64,000 nt of DNA, taken from NCBI RefSeq assembly GCF_006345805.1, contig NC_042997.1:115506001-115570000 (forward strand). Direction: 5' to 3'. The notes beneath the pieces are model-generated. The model saw only the letters and a list, made by a program, of their open reading frames with translations, did no database searches and was not told where the DNA came from. Shown one piece after another: positions 38,488-50,990 of the stretch (position 1 is the first letter of the stretch; every line of letters starts with the position of its first letter). A program made the position numbers and the translations under genes. Origin of the DNA: Octopus sinensis (lineage: Eukaryota).

Positions 38488-39072
38488 TTCCTTTCTAGAA
38501 TAGGCACAAGGCCTGAAATTTAGGGAAGGGGGACAATCGATTACATCGACCCCCAGTATTTCACTGGTACTTAATCTATCGACTCCGAAAGGATGAAAGG
38601 CAAAGTTCACCTCGGTGGAATTTGAACTCAAAACGTAGCGGTAGACGAAATACATATTTCTTTACTACCCACTAGGGGCCAAACACAGAGACGATAAACA
38701 AGGACAGACAAACGGATTAAGTCGATCATATCGACCCCAGTGCGTAACTGGTACTTATTTAATCGACCCTGAAAGGATGAAAGGCAAAGTCGACCTCGGC
38801 GGAATTTGAACCCAGAACGTAATGGCAGACGAAATACCTATTTCTTTACTACCAACAAGCGGCCAAACACAGAGAGGACAAACAAGGACAGACAAACGGA
38901 TTAAGTCGATTAAATCGACCCCAGTGCATAACTGGTACTTAATTTATCGACCCCGAAAGGATGAAAGGCAAAGTCGACCTCGGCGGAATTTGAACTCAGA
39001 ACGTAACGGCAGACGAAATACGGCTATGCATTTCGCCCGGCGTGCTAACGATTCTGCCAACTCGCCGCCTAG
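38488..39072 (-). mobile_element. Multimeric S2 SINE (one head, three bodies)
   Basis: tatttctttactacc junctions at 38655 and 38839. Confidence 0.9.
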
Positions 39073-39081
39073 ATAGTAACA

Positions 39082-39119
<38 letters not shown>

Positions 39120-39135
39120 TATTATTATTATTATT

Positions 39136-39328
39136 ATCCTTTCTACGATAGGTACAAGCCCTGAAATTTGAGGGCAGGGGAAAGTCATTTACATCTACCC
39201 CAGTGTATAACTGGTACTCGTTTCATCGACCCTGAAAGGACGAAAAGCAGAGTCGATCTCGGTGAAATTTGAACCCAGACAGGGAAGACGGACGAAATCC
39301 CGCTAAGCATTTTGTCCGGCGTGCTAAA
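39136..39328 (-). mobile_element. S2 SINE
   Basis: Body and tail pattern. Confidence 0.75.
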
Positions 39329-39719
39329 TGATAATAACAATGATTATTATGACGATGTTGGGGATGATGACGATTTCCTTTTTAATTGCTAGAGGGAATA
39401 TTTGATGAGGGCGACAAGGTTAGCAGAAGAACGAGAGAGGAGGGTAAAATGAAATAAAAAGAAGTATACATAGTGCACAAATATGCGAACATATGAGTGA
39501 TGCTGTACTGAAAGAGGCCAGCTTCCAACAACAGCCAATCAAAGAACCCAACAGATCCACGTTCACACCAAGAGCGAAAGCCCTCTTGTGTTTAGAGTAA
39601 TTCCCATCACCCTTACCCAGTTATTCTCAACCCTTTTTTGCTTATGGACTCTTCTGATTCTTACTTTACTCAACTGGACCCTCCTAGCCATTCGATGTTT
39701 TAAAAAAATCTGTTTTATT

Positions 39720-40126
39720 ATTCTCTTTTACTCTTTTACTTGTTTCTGTCATTTGACTGTGGCCATGCCGGAGCACCGCCTTTAGTCGAGCAAATCGACC
39801 CCAGGACTTATTCTTTGTAAGCCTAGTACTTATTCTATCGATCTCTCTTTGCCGAACCGCTAAGTCACGGGGACGTAAACACACCAGCATCGGTTGTCAA
39901 GCGATGTTGGGGGGACAGACACACACACACACGCACACACACACATATATATATACATATATAAGACAGGCTTCTTTCAGTTTCCGTCTACCAAATCCAC
40001 TCACAAGGCTTTGGTCGGCCCGAGGCTATAGTAGAAGACACTTGCCCAAGGTGCCATGCAGTGGGGCTGAACCCAGAACCATGTGGTTGGGAAGCAAGCT
40101 ACTTACCACACAGCCACTCCTGCGCC
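39720..40126 (-). mobile_element. SINE family S1
   Basis: Complete S1 pattern. Confidence 0.9.
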
Positions 40127-40539
40127 TACATGATTAATTATTATTAGGAATTGTATTAAAAAAATTATAAACAATTATTGTACATAAACTTTGAGAACAA
40201 AATCTTATATGGAACCCCAAGGAGCACATGGACCCTTAAGAGTCATATGAACTGCCAAGGGTCAAATGGACGCTGGTTGAGAACTATCGCCCTAATCTGT
40301 TTTGTCACAGTCGTCCGCCTTTTGCTAAATTCACTGGAGGGGAGATCTCTCTCCACCATCACTATTGTTTCTATGTGGAACTAAAAAAAGTAAGTCGATA
40401 CGGGCTTGATCGAAGAAGGAGGTGTAAATAATGATAATAAAGATAGAAAGTTCAGAGAGCAATTTAATGCATTGATCAAGAGAGGAGAAATCCCGGTGTA
40501 GTGGACAAAAGGACGAACGGTGTTGTGTCTGAAGGTTAC

Positions 40540-41722
40540 ATCAAAGCGAAATGCTGATGACAATTACAGGCCAGTTTCTTGCCTCCCATTAATTAGGAGG
40601 AATTGCAGAAAAACTGTACAAATTTCTCGATGAGAACTATATATTACCGACGGAACAAAAAGACAAGATAAATGTTGACAGCACACGGAACCTTCAAAGC
40701 CTAAGAGTGATATCGATAGGCTGTATTTGTCCAAAATGAAAGGTGGGAGAGTTTTGATCAGTTCCCAGGACTGTATCGAAGCAATGGAAAACAGCTTAGG
40801 GTGGTATATAAAAAATGCCGTGGAGCCAATAGTGAAATAAGCGAAAAAGGCTGGTTTCATCAAAACTGAGAACTGTGTAATGAAAGAAAAATTTAAAGAA
40901 GAAATGAAGACAAAAAAGAAAGCATGGAAGGAGAAAAAATGTACGGTCAGTTTGCAAGAGATGCGAACGCAAGACAGATAGGAAGTGTGACCTGAAGACA
41001 GAAACAGAAGCACTCCTATGCGTAGCTCAAGAACAAGCATCGGGGACCAACTATATGAGGTGCAGAATAGACAACACTACCGACAGCGAATGTGTAGTGA
41101 GAGGGGTGAAACGGTATGGCACATCGTTAGTGAATACCTGAAATTGGTACAACGCGAATACAAAAGACGCCATGACAATCATCCACTGGGAGCTCTGTGG
41201 AAATCACGGCCTACAGAGAGCAAAGATGTGGTATGAGAAAATCCCAGAAGGGGTCACCGAGAATGAGAATTGCAAAATCCCGTGGTCTGCAATTATTCGG
41301 TGCGATCACCTGACCGGACATCGGAAGCCGGACATTGTTGTGGTAGATAAAGAGGAAAGAACATGCAGGATAATCGACATAGCATGCCCCGGTGACAACA
41401 GGATCAAAGAGAAAGAAGAAAAAAAAGCAACTATGACGATTCAAAGTAGGAAATACGAAGACTGTGGTCAATGAAGAGACTAGACAAAATACCAATAGTA
41501 ATTGGTGCACTTGGAACTATCAGCACTCAACTACCAACATGGCTGATAAAGATCGGTGCAAGAGTGTAGGTAAAACACCTCCAAAAATCAGCATTGCTTG
41601 GAACTGCAAGAATTCTTCACAGAGTTCTTGAAGCATAACCAGTGAACAAGTGTCACCTTAGTCTGCTGGCTGTGGACAGCTGTCACTTTCCACCATACTC
41701 AGCAAAAGAAGCTGTGAGTTTT
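40540..41722 (+). mobile_element. Decayed, internally deleted Dong/R4 element
   Basis: [10 protein letters not shown]; RMCSERGETVWHIVSE..KRRHD; HRKPDIVVVDKEERTCRIIDIACPGD; ends ..LLGTARILHRVLEA*. Confidence 0.8.
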
Positions 41723-41725
41723 CAT

Positions 41726-42371
41726 AGTGGCTCTCGTGGTTTCTGCACTGGCTCTCGTGGCTTCCGCAGTGGCTCTCGTGGCTTCTGCATGATGCACTTT
41801 CAGACAGTGGCTCTCATGGCTTCTGCATGATGCACTTTCAGACAGTGCCTCTCATGGCTTCTCATCTTAACTGATTAGAAGTGTTATCATGTATATTGTT
41901 TTGTCTTGGTATAAAAGATAGACTACAACAAATATTCTGCTCAATACCACAGATTTGCTTGTCAGTTGTTTGACCTTAACCAGTTGATCATATCCCTTAG
42001 TGGCTGACGATATGTGCATCTCTGGCCACGAGCAGAAGTAGTGGGGGAGCATCATAACCATATGTTGAGATGAATTCTCTGGGGTTTGGATATTTCACCT
42101 TTGGAAACATGGGTGTTTCGCTCAACATCCTCAAACAACTAAGGGACCTTTTGAGGGGGATGCGTCACTCGACCTGAAACAAATTCTAACTTGGCCTCAC
42201 CTGCAAGGCCATGCGCTCTTTATCTTGATATGAGATCACCATGTCGCGCACATATGGTTGTGATGCATGTGCCTGGTGTACTCTTATAAGACGGGTAGTC
42301 ATGATGGGTATACTGGGCTTCGTATATTTTACCCCAGTGTCACTTTAATGACATGCACTGCTCTCTCACTC
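41726..42371 (+). mobile_element. Second copy of the 557-bp non-coding repeat, with a reiterated 5' end
   Basis: Homologous to the reverse complement of 32641-33197; (AAT)n tail. Confidence 0.85.
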
Positions 42372-42431
<60 letters not shown>

Positions 42432-42432
<1 letters not shown>

Positions 42433-42885
42433 TTAAAAATACTCCTTGGTTTGATAGAATATCTACTAACTTAGAAGAGTAAAAGTGGGAGGGTATCAAG
42501 GTAGAGGATGTAAGATCTGCTCCCAGGAAGTCAAGCAGATGGAACTTTACAGGGAAAGATAACATTCCCAACTTGAATGCCTTCCCAGAGATTCATGAAC
42601 TGCAAACAAAACTTTACAACAATGTTTTGCAACAACCTTGTATGATTCCCTCTTGGCTAGTTAATGGTGTCACATTTCTCCCTCCAAAACATGAAGAAAC
42701 AAATGAACCAAAACATTATAGACCCGTAACCTGCTTAACAACAATGTATAAAATACTAACATCTGTCTTGACTGAATATACCTAGAGTTTTTAATAGAAA
42801 GTGGTATATTCCCTAATGAGCAAAAAGGATGTAAACGTGGGACTTATGGCTGTAAAGATCAGCTACTCATCAATAAGATGATCTA
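42432..42885 (+). mobile_element. Internal RT fragment related to the 2163-6159 Dong family
   Basis: [60 protein letters not shown]. Confidence 0.9.
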
Positions 42886-43289
42886 CCATTTTGGATTTGC
42901 AGCTTTGGTTTTTCCAGCTCCGTTCATCTCCACATAATATAAATGGAATATAATTTGAAAATGGGTATCCTTTCACAAACATCCATTTCCATCAGGAACT
43001 ACGAGGTTTTTCTCCCTAAATTCTAATATTAAATCAGTTTCGAAATTGTTGCAAAATGTTTGAACTTGTCGGGCAAGCAAAAAGTTAAATTTCATTGCGG
43101 GAGATTAATCTCTGTCTATGAGTCATGTGATGGATCGGGGTGGGGGTGAGGGTGGGTGGGGTTGCGTGGTAACGGTAGGAAGAAAAAGGGAATACAAAAA
43201 TGAAATTGTTAAATGATAGAGAGAGGAAAGCTATGATAAAAAAAAAAGAGAAAAAAGGACCAATGGAAAAGAAATTATATCATCTCGAA

Positions 43290-43427
43290 GTTCGATTTGA
43301 GCTACGCGGTTTCGGGTTCAACTCCATTCTGCGAGACACCTGGGGCAACTGCCTTCTACTATTATAGCTCCGAGGTTACTAATGCCTTGTGAGGGAATTT
43401 TGTAGAGGAAGTCGATCCTATTTCTGA

Positions 43428-43492
<65 letters not shown>

Positions 43493-43640
43493 AGTACATG
43501 TTTGTGTCTGTATTTGTTCTCACACCAAGGACTTGGAAACCGGTGTAGTTTTGTTTATGTTCCTTTATTCGGCGTTTTGGCAAAAATAGAACGATAGACT
43601 GAGCACTGGGGTTATTTGTTTCGCAAAAACTCTTCAATGA
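43290..43640 (+). mobile_element. Degenerate S1-like SINE
   Basis: gggttcaactcc B box, ctggggcaactgccttctactat, internal (TG)n, and a 3' body. Confidence 0.6.
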
Positions 43641-43759
43641 TTTAAAATACGACAAAAGAAATTACAAAATAAAATGGGCCTTTCAAGTCGGGTGTTGTAC
43701 GGGTTTTTACTTGTTGCATAATCGCCGCTTTATTAAATGATTAAATTAATATATTTAAA

Positions 43760-44150
43760 TTTAGCAAATACCTTTGATCTGGGTTTTTCAAATTAGACAT
43801 CGTGTTTATAACGGGTTTCAAGTACACTTCTCTATTGTACACAAGCCACACAACTTATTTCTAGGTCTGTAGCTTCTGAATTTGTTCTAAAAATGTGAAA
43901 ACTTATCTCATAATTTCCATTTTCCGTCGGCCAATTTTGAAATGTTCTTTTAATCTTCGAAGGAAGATCCATGATAATGGGATCTTCGTTTCAATTTTCC
44001 TCCTGTCATACCTATATAACATTCAAAGAAAATTCTACTTAAACTACTCCGAGAGTATGTGTCTCCGGTCTTGTTGGGAAAATACGTTTCTGTACACTCA
44101 AACGTCTTACGGGGCAGTTTCCACAGCGAAGGCCTTTCCACGATTGTGTG
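43760..44150 (-). mobile_element. Decayed Penelope-like GIY-YIG endonuclease region
   Basis: ECYIGMTGGKLKRRSHYHGSSF followed by NKLCGLCTIEKC (PLE CxLCxxEK motif). Confidence 0.65.
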
Positions 44151-44714
44151 TACACGAACGTGTTAAATATAATTGTACACTTGCATATATTATATATATA
44201 TATAATATATATATATATATAATATATATATATTATATATGTAGCTAAATGTAGCTAAATGCGCACATACATACATACACAAAAACACACATATAATTCT
44301 AAGTTTCAATTTTAATGAGTCGTTTATCGCAATACCACTTAGGGAAGGTATTAACACTGTATTTTCCGGAGATTAAAATAAGTATATCCAGTTTTGATTT
44401 AATCTGGATTACTCGACGCATTTGGATCTAGTTTATTTACAGCCAAAGCGAACAGAGCAATCGGAATTCCTTTTCCCTCGGTCCTTTGATGTAAGTGCTG
44501 CGTGTATTCATGTTACCGAATATTTGTACATATCCTTACCGTATATCCGTATGTATCTCGTTAAACATAGTATATTTTCAATTAAAGATACATGACACAA
44601 ATTTACTTATAGATCCAGTCTGTCCATATATTTACGAGGTACTACTTTATATCGTACTTTAGGTTTCAATCTTTTTCAGTTCTTGAAGGATATTTTAAGA
44701 TTACATTTATATTG

Positions 44715-44885
44715 TCGCAGGAGTGGCTGTGTGGTAAGTAGCTTGCTTCCCAAACATATGGTTCCGGGTTCGGTCCAACTGCGTGGCACCTCGGACAAGT
44801 GTCTTCTACTATAGTCTTGGGCCGATCAAAGCCTTCAAAATGTATTTGGTAGACGAAAGCTGAAAGAAGCCCGTCGTTTCTATTA

Positions 44886-44942
<57 letters not shown>

Positions 44943-44953
44943 TGTGTGTTATA

Positions 44954-45002
<49 letters not shown>

Positions 45003-45356
45003 CATATATATATATATATATTAACATATATATATATTATATACATATATATATACACACACACACACATATATATATAATATATATATACACACACATA
45101 TATATATATATATAATATATATATATATATACATGTATGTATGTATGTATGTATGTATATATGTGTGTGTGTGTGTGTGTGTGTGAATGTTTGTGTGTCC
45201 TCCCACCATCACTTGACAACCAATCTTGGTGTATTTTTCCTCCCCGTAACATAGCGGTTCGGCATAACAAACCAATGGAATAAGTACTAGGCTTGGGGTC
45301 AATTTGTTCGACTAAGGGCAGTACTCCAGCATGGCCGCAGTCCAGCTGATTAGAAC
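44715..45356 (+). mobile_element. S1 SINE with an expanded internal (TA)n
   Basis: Head cgcaggagtggctgtgtggtaag; 3' body from 45190. Confidence 0.85.
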
Positions 45357-45756
45357 TGGATCCAGTTCTTGTCAGCAATTACTTAGACATAGATAGGTTT
45401 ATGTCTAAGCCTACAGCAAATTTATATTTCATCCGAATTTATTGATCTACTTTACCATTATATTTCACAACTTACTATTTATTTATACATAATTTCATGA
45501 ATTCCTGTGTCGAGTCTGATATTTCATTTTCTACCCGACTGATGAAGGTCATGTGTGCGCTTTGTGCAGACGACTCACTTCTTAGAAACCTATTGTATGC
45601 ATGTAATATAGCTATGACTTCAGGCTGAATTCAGTCAATAATGTAATATTTTATGTAGAAGTAAGGTACATAATAATCACAGATACAAACATTAACATAC
45701 TTCCCTTGTACACGCGCACACATACACGCATATACTCACACAGAGTTGAAACACTG

Positions 45757-46135
45757 ACTGTTTCACCCCCTACCTTCCTTTTTCATCTATCACCCCTTCC
45801 TTTCTCTCATTGCTATTGCTTTCTCTCATTCCCACTCAGTCAGGGCTATTACTCTCACTACTTCTCCTTCACTGAATTACTTTTTTCTCTCATCCTCCGC
45901 GTGCGGCGTGGTTCTGGACACACACACACACATATATATATATATACAAATATATAAAAACACTACGCTCATTATTATATCAGGAGATTACTATAATCTT
46001 TAAACGCATTGAGATCTTCACTAGCTTACCATACATATTTCTGTAAGATATATCAATGTGTGCGTGTAAATGTATATAATATATATAAGAGACAACACAT
46101 ATATATATATATATATATATAATATATATATATAT

Positions 46136-46176
<41 letters not shown>

Positions 46177-46314
46177 AAGAGCTATATATAGATTCAAAGA
46201 TGGAAAGATATATATATAGATATGCAGAAATAGATATAGATAGATAAATAGATAGATAAATACACGTATGTGCATATTTTCTGTACCATATGCGCATATA
46301 TCTATGTAATATAC

Positions 46315-46408
<94 letters not shown>

Positions 46409-46570
46409 GTATATTACATAGATATATGCGCATATGGTACAGAAAATATGCACATACGTGTATTTATCTATCTATATCTATTTCTACATATCTATATATA
46501 TATATATCTATATATATATCTTTCCATCTTTGAATCTATATATAGCTCTTTCTCCCTCTCTCTCTCTCCT

Positions 46571-46629
<59 letters not shown>

Positions 46630-46976
46630 TATGTGTGTTGTCTCTTATATATATATTATATACATTTACACGCACACATTGATATATCTTACAGAAATAT
46701 GTATGGTAAGCTAGTGAAGATCTCAATGCGTTTAAAGATTATAGTAATCTCCTGATATAATAATGAGCGTAGTGTTTTTATATATTTGTATATATATATA
46801 TGTGTGTGTGTGTGTCCAGAACCACGCCGCACGCGGAGGATGAGAGAAAAAAGTAATTCAGTGAAGGAGAAGTAGTGAGAGTAATAGCCCTGACTGAGTG
46901 GGAATGAGAGAAAGCAATAGCAATGAGAGAAAGGAAGGGGTGATAGATGAAAAAGGAAGGTAGGGGGTGAAACAGT
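45757..46976. repeat. 1.2-kb near-perfect palindrome centred on (TA)n
   Basis: 46400-46976 is the reverse complement of 45757-46320, apart from microsatellite length differences. Confidence 0.95.
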
Positions 46977-47033
46977 GTGTGTGTGTGTGTATGTATATGT
47001 ACATATATCTATACATATGCATATACTTGCATT

Positions 47034-47088
<55 letters not shown>

Positions 47089-47554
47089 TATATATATATA
47101 CATACACACATAGACACGCACACATACACAGACACACACACTCACACACACGCATATAAATACACTTCACTTCTTTTAAATTAATAGTATTTAGATATTT
47201 GCTGTCAAATAAAATTTCAAAAGCAAAAATAAAAATTTAGAACAAAATTTGAAGAATAACAATAAGGAAATATTGTTATATATATATATACACAGGTGAA
47301 ATCTAAAAAAAAAAACCCCGAATATTATCCATTAAAATTATATTAAAGAATATTTGAGTATATATATTTTTGTTTCAACTATTATGCTAGTGACAGCTAA
47401 TTGTAGATTACATGAATTGATAACTTAAATGTAGCCATTAATAATTTATGACTAACAATGATTGAGTGCACTTCAATGAGATATTTCGGTGGAGGAAGAA
47501 AATATATTTCAAATAGAGCCACATGTATTCAGCGAATACCTATACAGATGATGG

Positions 47555-47615
47555 CGACGTATATATATATACCTATACATATACATATACATATACATAT
47601 ATATATATATATGTA

Positions 47616-47648
<33 letters not shown>

Positions 47649-47756
47649 ATATCTATATATATATATATGATATATATATGTATATATATATATGTGTATT
47701 ATATATATGTGTATATCTATAGTATATATATATATATGTATGTATATATATTTACG

Positions 47757-47828
<72 letters not shown>

Positions 47829-47929
47829 CATACATATATACATATATATATGCATACATACACATATATGTGCGTGTGTGTGTTTGTATATGTACATGCA
47901 TGTATGCGCATATGGTACAGAATTATATA

Positions 47930-47979
<50 letters not shown>

Positions 47980-48395
47980 ATACTTATATATAATTATATA
48001 TGTATATATATTATATACACGAATATTAATATCAGTATGAGCATAAGTGTGTATATGTTACATATATATATATATTAAATATATATATATATATGTGGGT
48101 GTACGTGAATATGTCTGTTGTAAATACCTATATATATGTGCGTACATAAACTAATGCATGTATGCATATATATACATAGAAATATATATGTATATATACA
48201 TATATGATGTATACTATATATATATGTATGTATGTATATCATATATACAGTGTATATATAAAATATATACATGCACTGGAAATACATTAATTTAAAATTT
48301 AACTATATAGATACAAATATGTAAAAATATGTATAACTCATATCTGTATATGTAAGTTATATATATAAGTTATATATATATATAATATATATATA

Positions 48396-48446
<51 letters not shown>

Positions 48447-48480
48447 ATATGTATATATTATATATATATATATATATGCC
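47555..48480. repeat. Long degenerate (TA)n/(TATG)n tract
   Basis: Direct reading. Confidence 0.9.
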
Positions 48481-48536
48481 ATAAATAAATATTTATATAT
48501 ACCATACATATAGAGATACCATAGATCTCTGATTTT

Positions 48537-48910
48537 ACTGTTTTATTCGTTTCAGTCATCTCCCTGCGGTCATGCTGGAGCACCGCCTTTAGTCGAACGA
48601 ATTCTTAGTAAGACTAGTACTTATTATGTCGGGCACTTTTGCCGAATCGCTCAGTTGCAGGACCTTAAACACAGCATCATATGTGGGGGAGTGGACAAAC
48701 ACAGACCCACAAACATATACACTCGCACATACAGGTATTTATAACTTCCTTCTGGGTCAAGCTCTTATCTATATATAGCTTTCTTCAGGCTCCGTCTACC
48801 AAATTCACATAAAAGGCTTTTGTCGGCTCGAGGCTATTGTAGAAGATGCCTGCCCTTGTTGTCACGCTGTGAGACTGAACCCGAAACCGTGTGGTTGGTA
48901 AGCAATCTAC
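48537..48910 (-). mobile_element. S1 SINE, interrupted; the remainder of its head lies at 52285-52309
   Basis: Breaks at gtaagcaatctac; the expected continuation cttaccacaca..cctacgcc appears after the mariner. Confidence 0.8.
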
Positions 48911-50978
48911 TTTTATTCATTTCATTTGCCATAGAGGCAGTACAAAAATGAGTAGCTTTGCGGGCTGGACGAGACATTGATGAGGGGTATGATAATAATA
49001 TAAGATGATAAGGATGGGAGAAGACAGAAAGCGCCCGCCGACCCTCTGCTTCTCTAAAACATTGTTCTTTTAATAAGACACATCCTGAGGTAATAACCCT
49101 CTTACAATTTACAATATTTTACAATTTCTTTGGACTAACAAGTGCATTACAATTAAAAACCCAACTAGACACATATTGAGGCGATGAATCTCTTACCTCA
49201 CATCCCCGATTAATTCTCTTGCGGCCTGCAGGCATCCCTGCATCCGCAAGTCGGGGTCCCAAAAAAGTAATGTATAATCCTCCCTTGGGAAGGAACCTGA
49301 TGCGTGAAAGAAAGTCCTTTCTTTCCAGTAGCAGAGCAGCCTCATGCGGAGGCCACTCTAGTCCCCGACTATCAAGGACATTTTCCATGTAATTATCAAT
49401 GGCCCCTTTACTGCTATAGAAGAACACATATTTTTCCACATTTACATCGGGAGGAGCCCTAACTCCCTTGATCGGTGGCACACATCGCACCGACGAGGTT
49501 TCCATCTTCTCTCCCTTCGGTGGCACACATCCCATCAAAGGGGTTTCGGGGTATGCCGCCGCCGGTGATGCCCCGTTTTTCTTTTTTTCTCCCTTTTCTC
49601 CTTTTTTCACGGCCGGAGGGTGAGGTTCCTCCGGCTTGTCCGTTGATCCCTCCTTCCCTCCCGCCGCCTCGGGATCCAGCGGTGGACAACCATTGTTGCC
49701 CACCTTCTTTCTTTTTATTTCTTTTTTTCGGAGGGGTTACCTCCTCCTCGACTTTCTCCCTCTCCCCTTTCAACGAAGGAGCAGGGTGCTCTGTTGGGGG
49801 AACAAAAGTTCTTTATCAATTAACTGTTTCAGGACCTTTGCCTGGTCCCGGCAACATTTCTTCTTTATGTGGCCCGATTCCAGACACAAGAGACACTTGG
49901 GGTGGGGAGCTTCCCTCAACTATCACCGGGTACCTGGAACCGGCCAATGTTAAAAAATCTGGTAGAACCAGATCATCGGCTGATTGGGTCCATAGGGTTA
50001 AAATTGCTTTTGACCCAACCCAATCAACCGCAGGCAACATTTTTACATTTAAGAGCATGGCAGGGTCGCCACCCAGGCCCCGATGGATAGTGTCTTCTAT
50101 CCACTAGGCCTCTATAACGAGTGGCAGCCCATACACCCAGGCTCTTGTCAATTTTCTACCGCCGTAAGTAGGGAGAAGCAAAATTTTCTTCTCCCTCCAA
50201 AGGCGTGCTCGCAAAATCACGAGCTTCCGCAGGGGTGTCAAAAAGTGCCCACACAGTTCCATATTTCGCACCCCTGCGGATAATCCTAACAGTTCGCAGA
50301 TAGTCTGCTAACTCCTCCTCAATTTCTTCCTCAGAGAAGACCTTGATGGTGTCGAGAACTCTGGAATAGGTCCTTAACACCACCGTTCTCTCCGTATAAT
50401 TTTTCAACCATTCTTTGGGGGGCACAATTTGCCACTCTAAAGCGGATGTCACAGTTGCTATGTTGATAGCCAAAACAAAAATAAAAATCCACAAACAAAA
50501 TTCAAAATGTTCAACTGAAAGTCTATTAAGAAACTCAAAAAGGATCAGAAAGACAGACAGGAGAAGAAAGAGCGAAGGGAGATAGTCCAAAATGGCAACA
50601 CAACACAATTCTGCTATTCCGGTAATTCAAACTGGTAGTCCTTCGCAGCAAAAATAGTATTCCGTCCAACTCTAGCTGTACTCCTATCCTTTATCGTAAA
50701 AATCCACTTGAAACTGCACAAACACAGTCATATAAAATTCCAAAAAAGTTTCGGACGGACACGTCCCCCGAAAGCACACACAAATGACCACTGGCAAAGA
50801 AATGTCTGGACCTCTGTGCAGACCCTTGTTCGAAAAAATAATAACCATACGGATAACAGACTTCACTAAGCTCTCCAAAAAACAAATACTTTACCTGTGG
50901 TCGTGCTTCAAATGTTCAATTTTTCACGTAGGACGTGACTTCCACCGCGACGAAAAACAAAGCGACGACTTGGTAGCA
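48911..50978 (-). mobile_element. ORF1-only L1/Tx1-like retroelement (gag-like ORF1 with CCHC knuckle, frameshifted)
   Basis: Joined frames read (M)ATVTSALEWQ..VWALFDTPAEA../..PTYGGRKLTRAWVYGLP..PDFLTLAGSRYPVIVEG/ KCLLCLESGHIKKKC (CX2CX4HX4C)/ then a basic linker and C-terminal domain to the stop at 49119. About 210 nt of 3'UTR follow, ending aatgaaatgaataaaag. No endonuclease or RT. Confidence 0.75.
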
Positions 50979-50990
50979 GTAAGCGAGTTA

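Noticed and set aside
49475-50107. 210-aa plus-strand ORF
   Set aside because: It is the antisense shadow of the GC-rich ORF1 on the minus strand.
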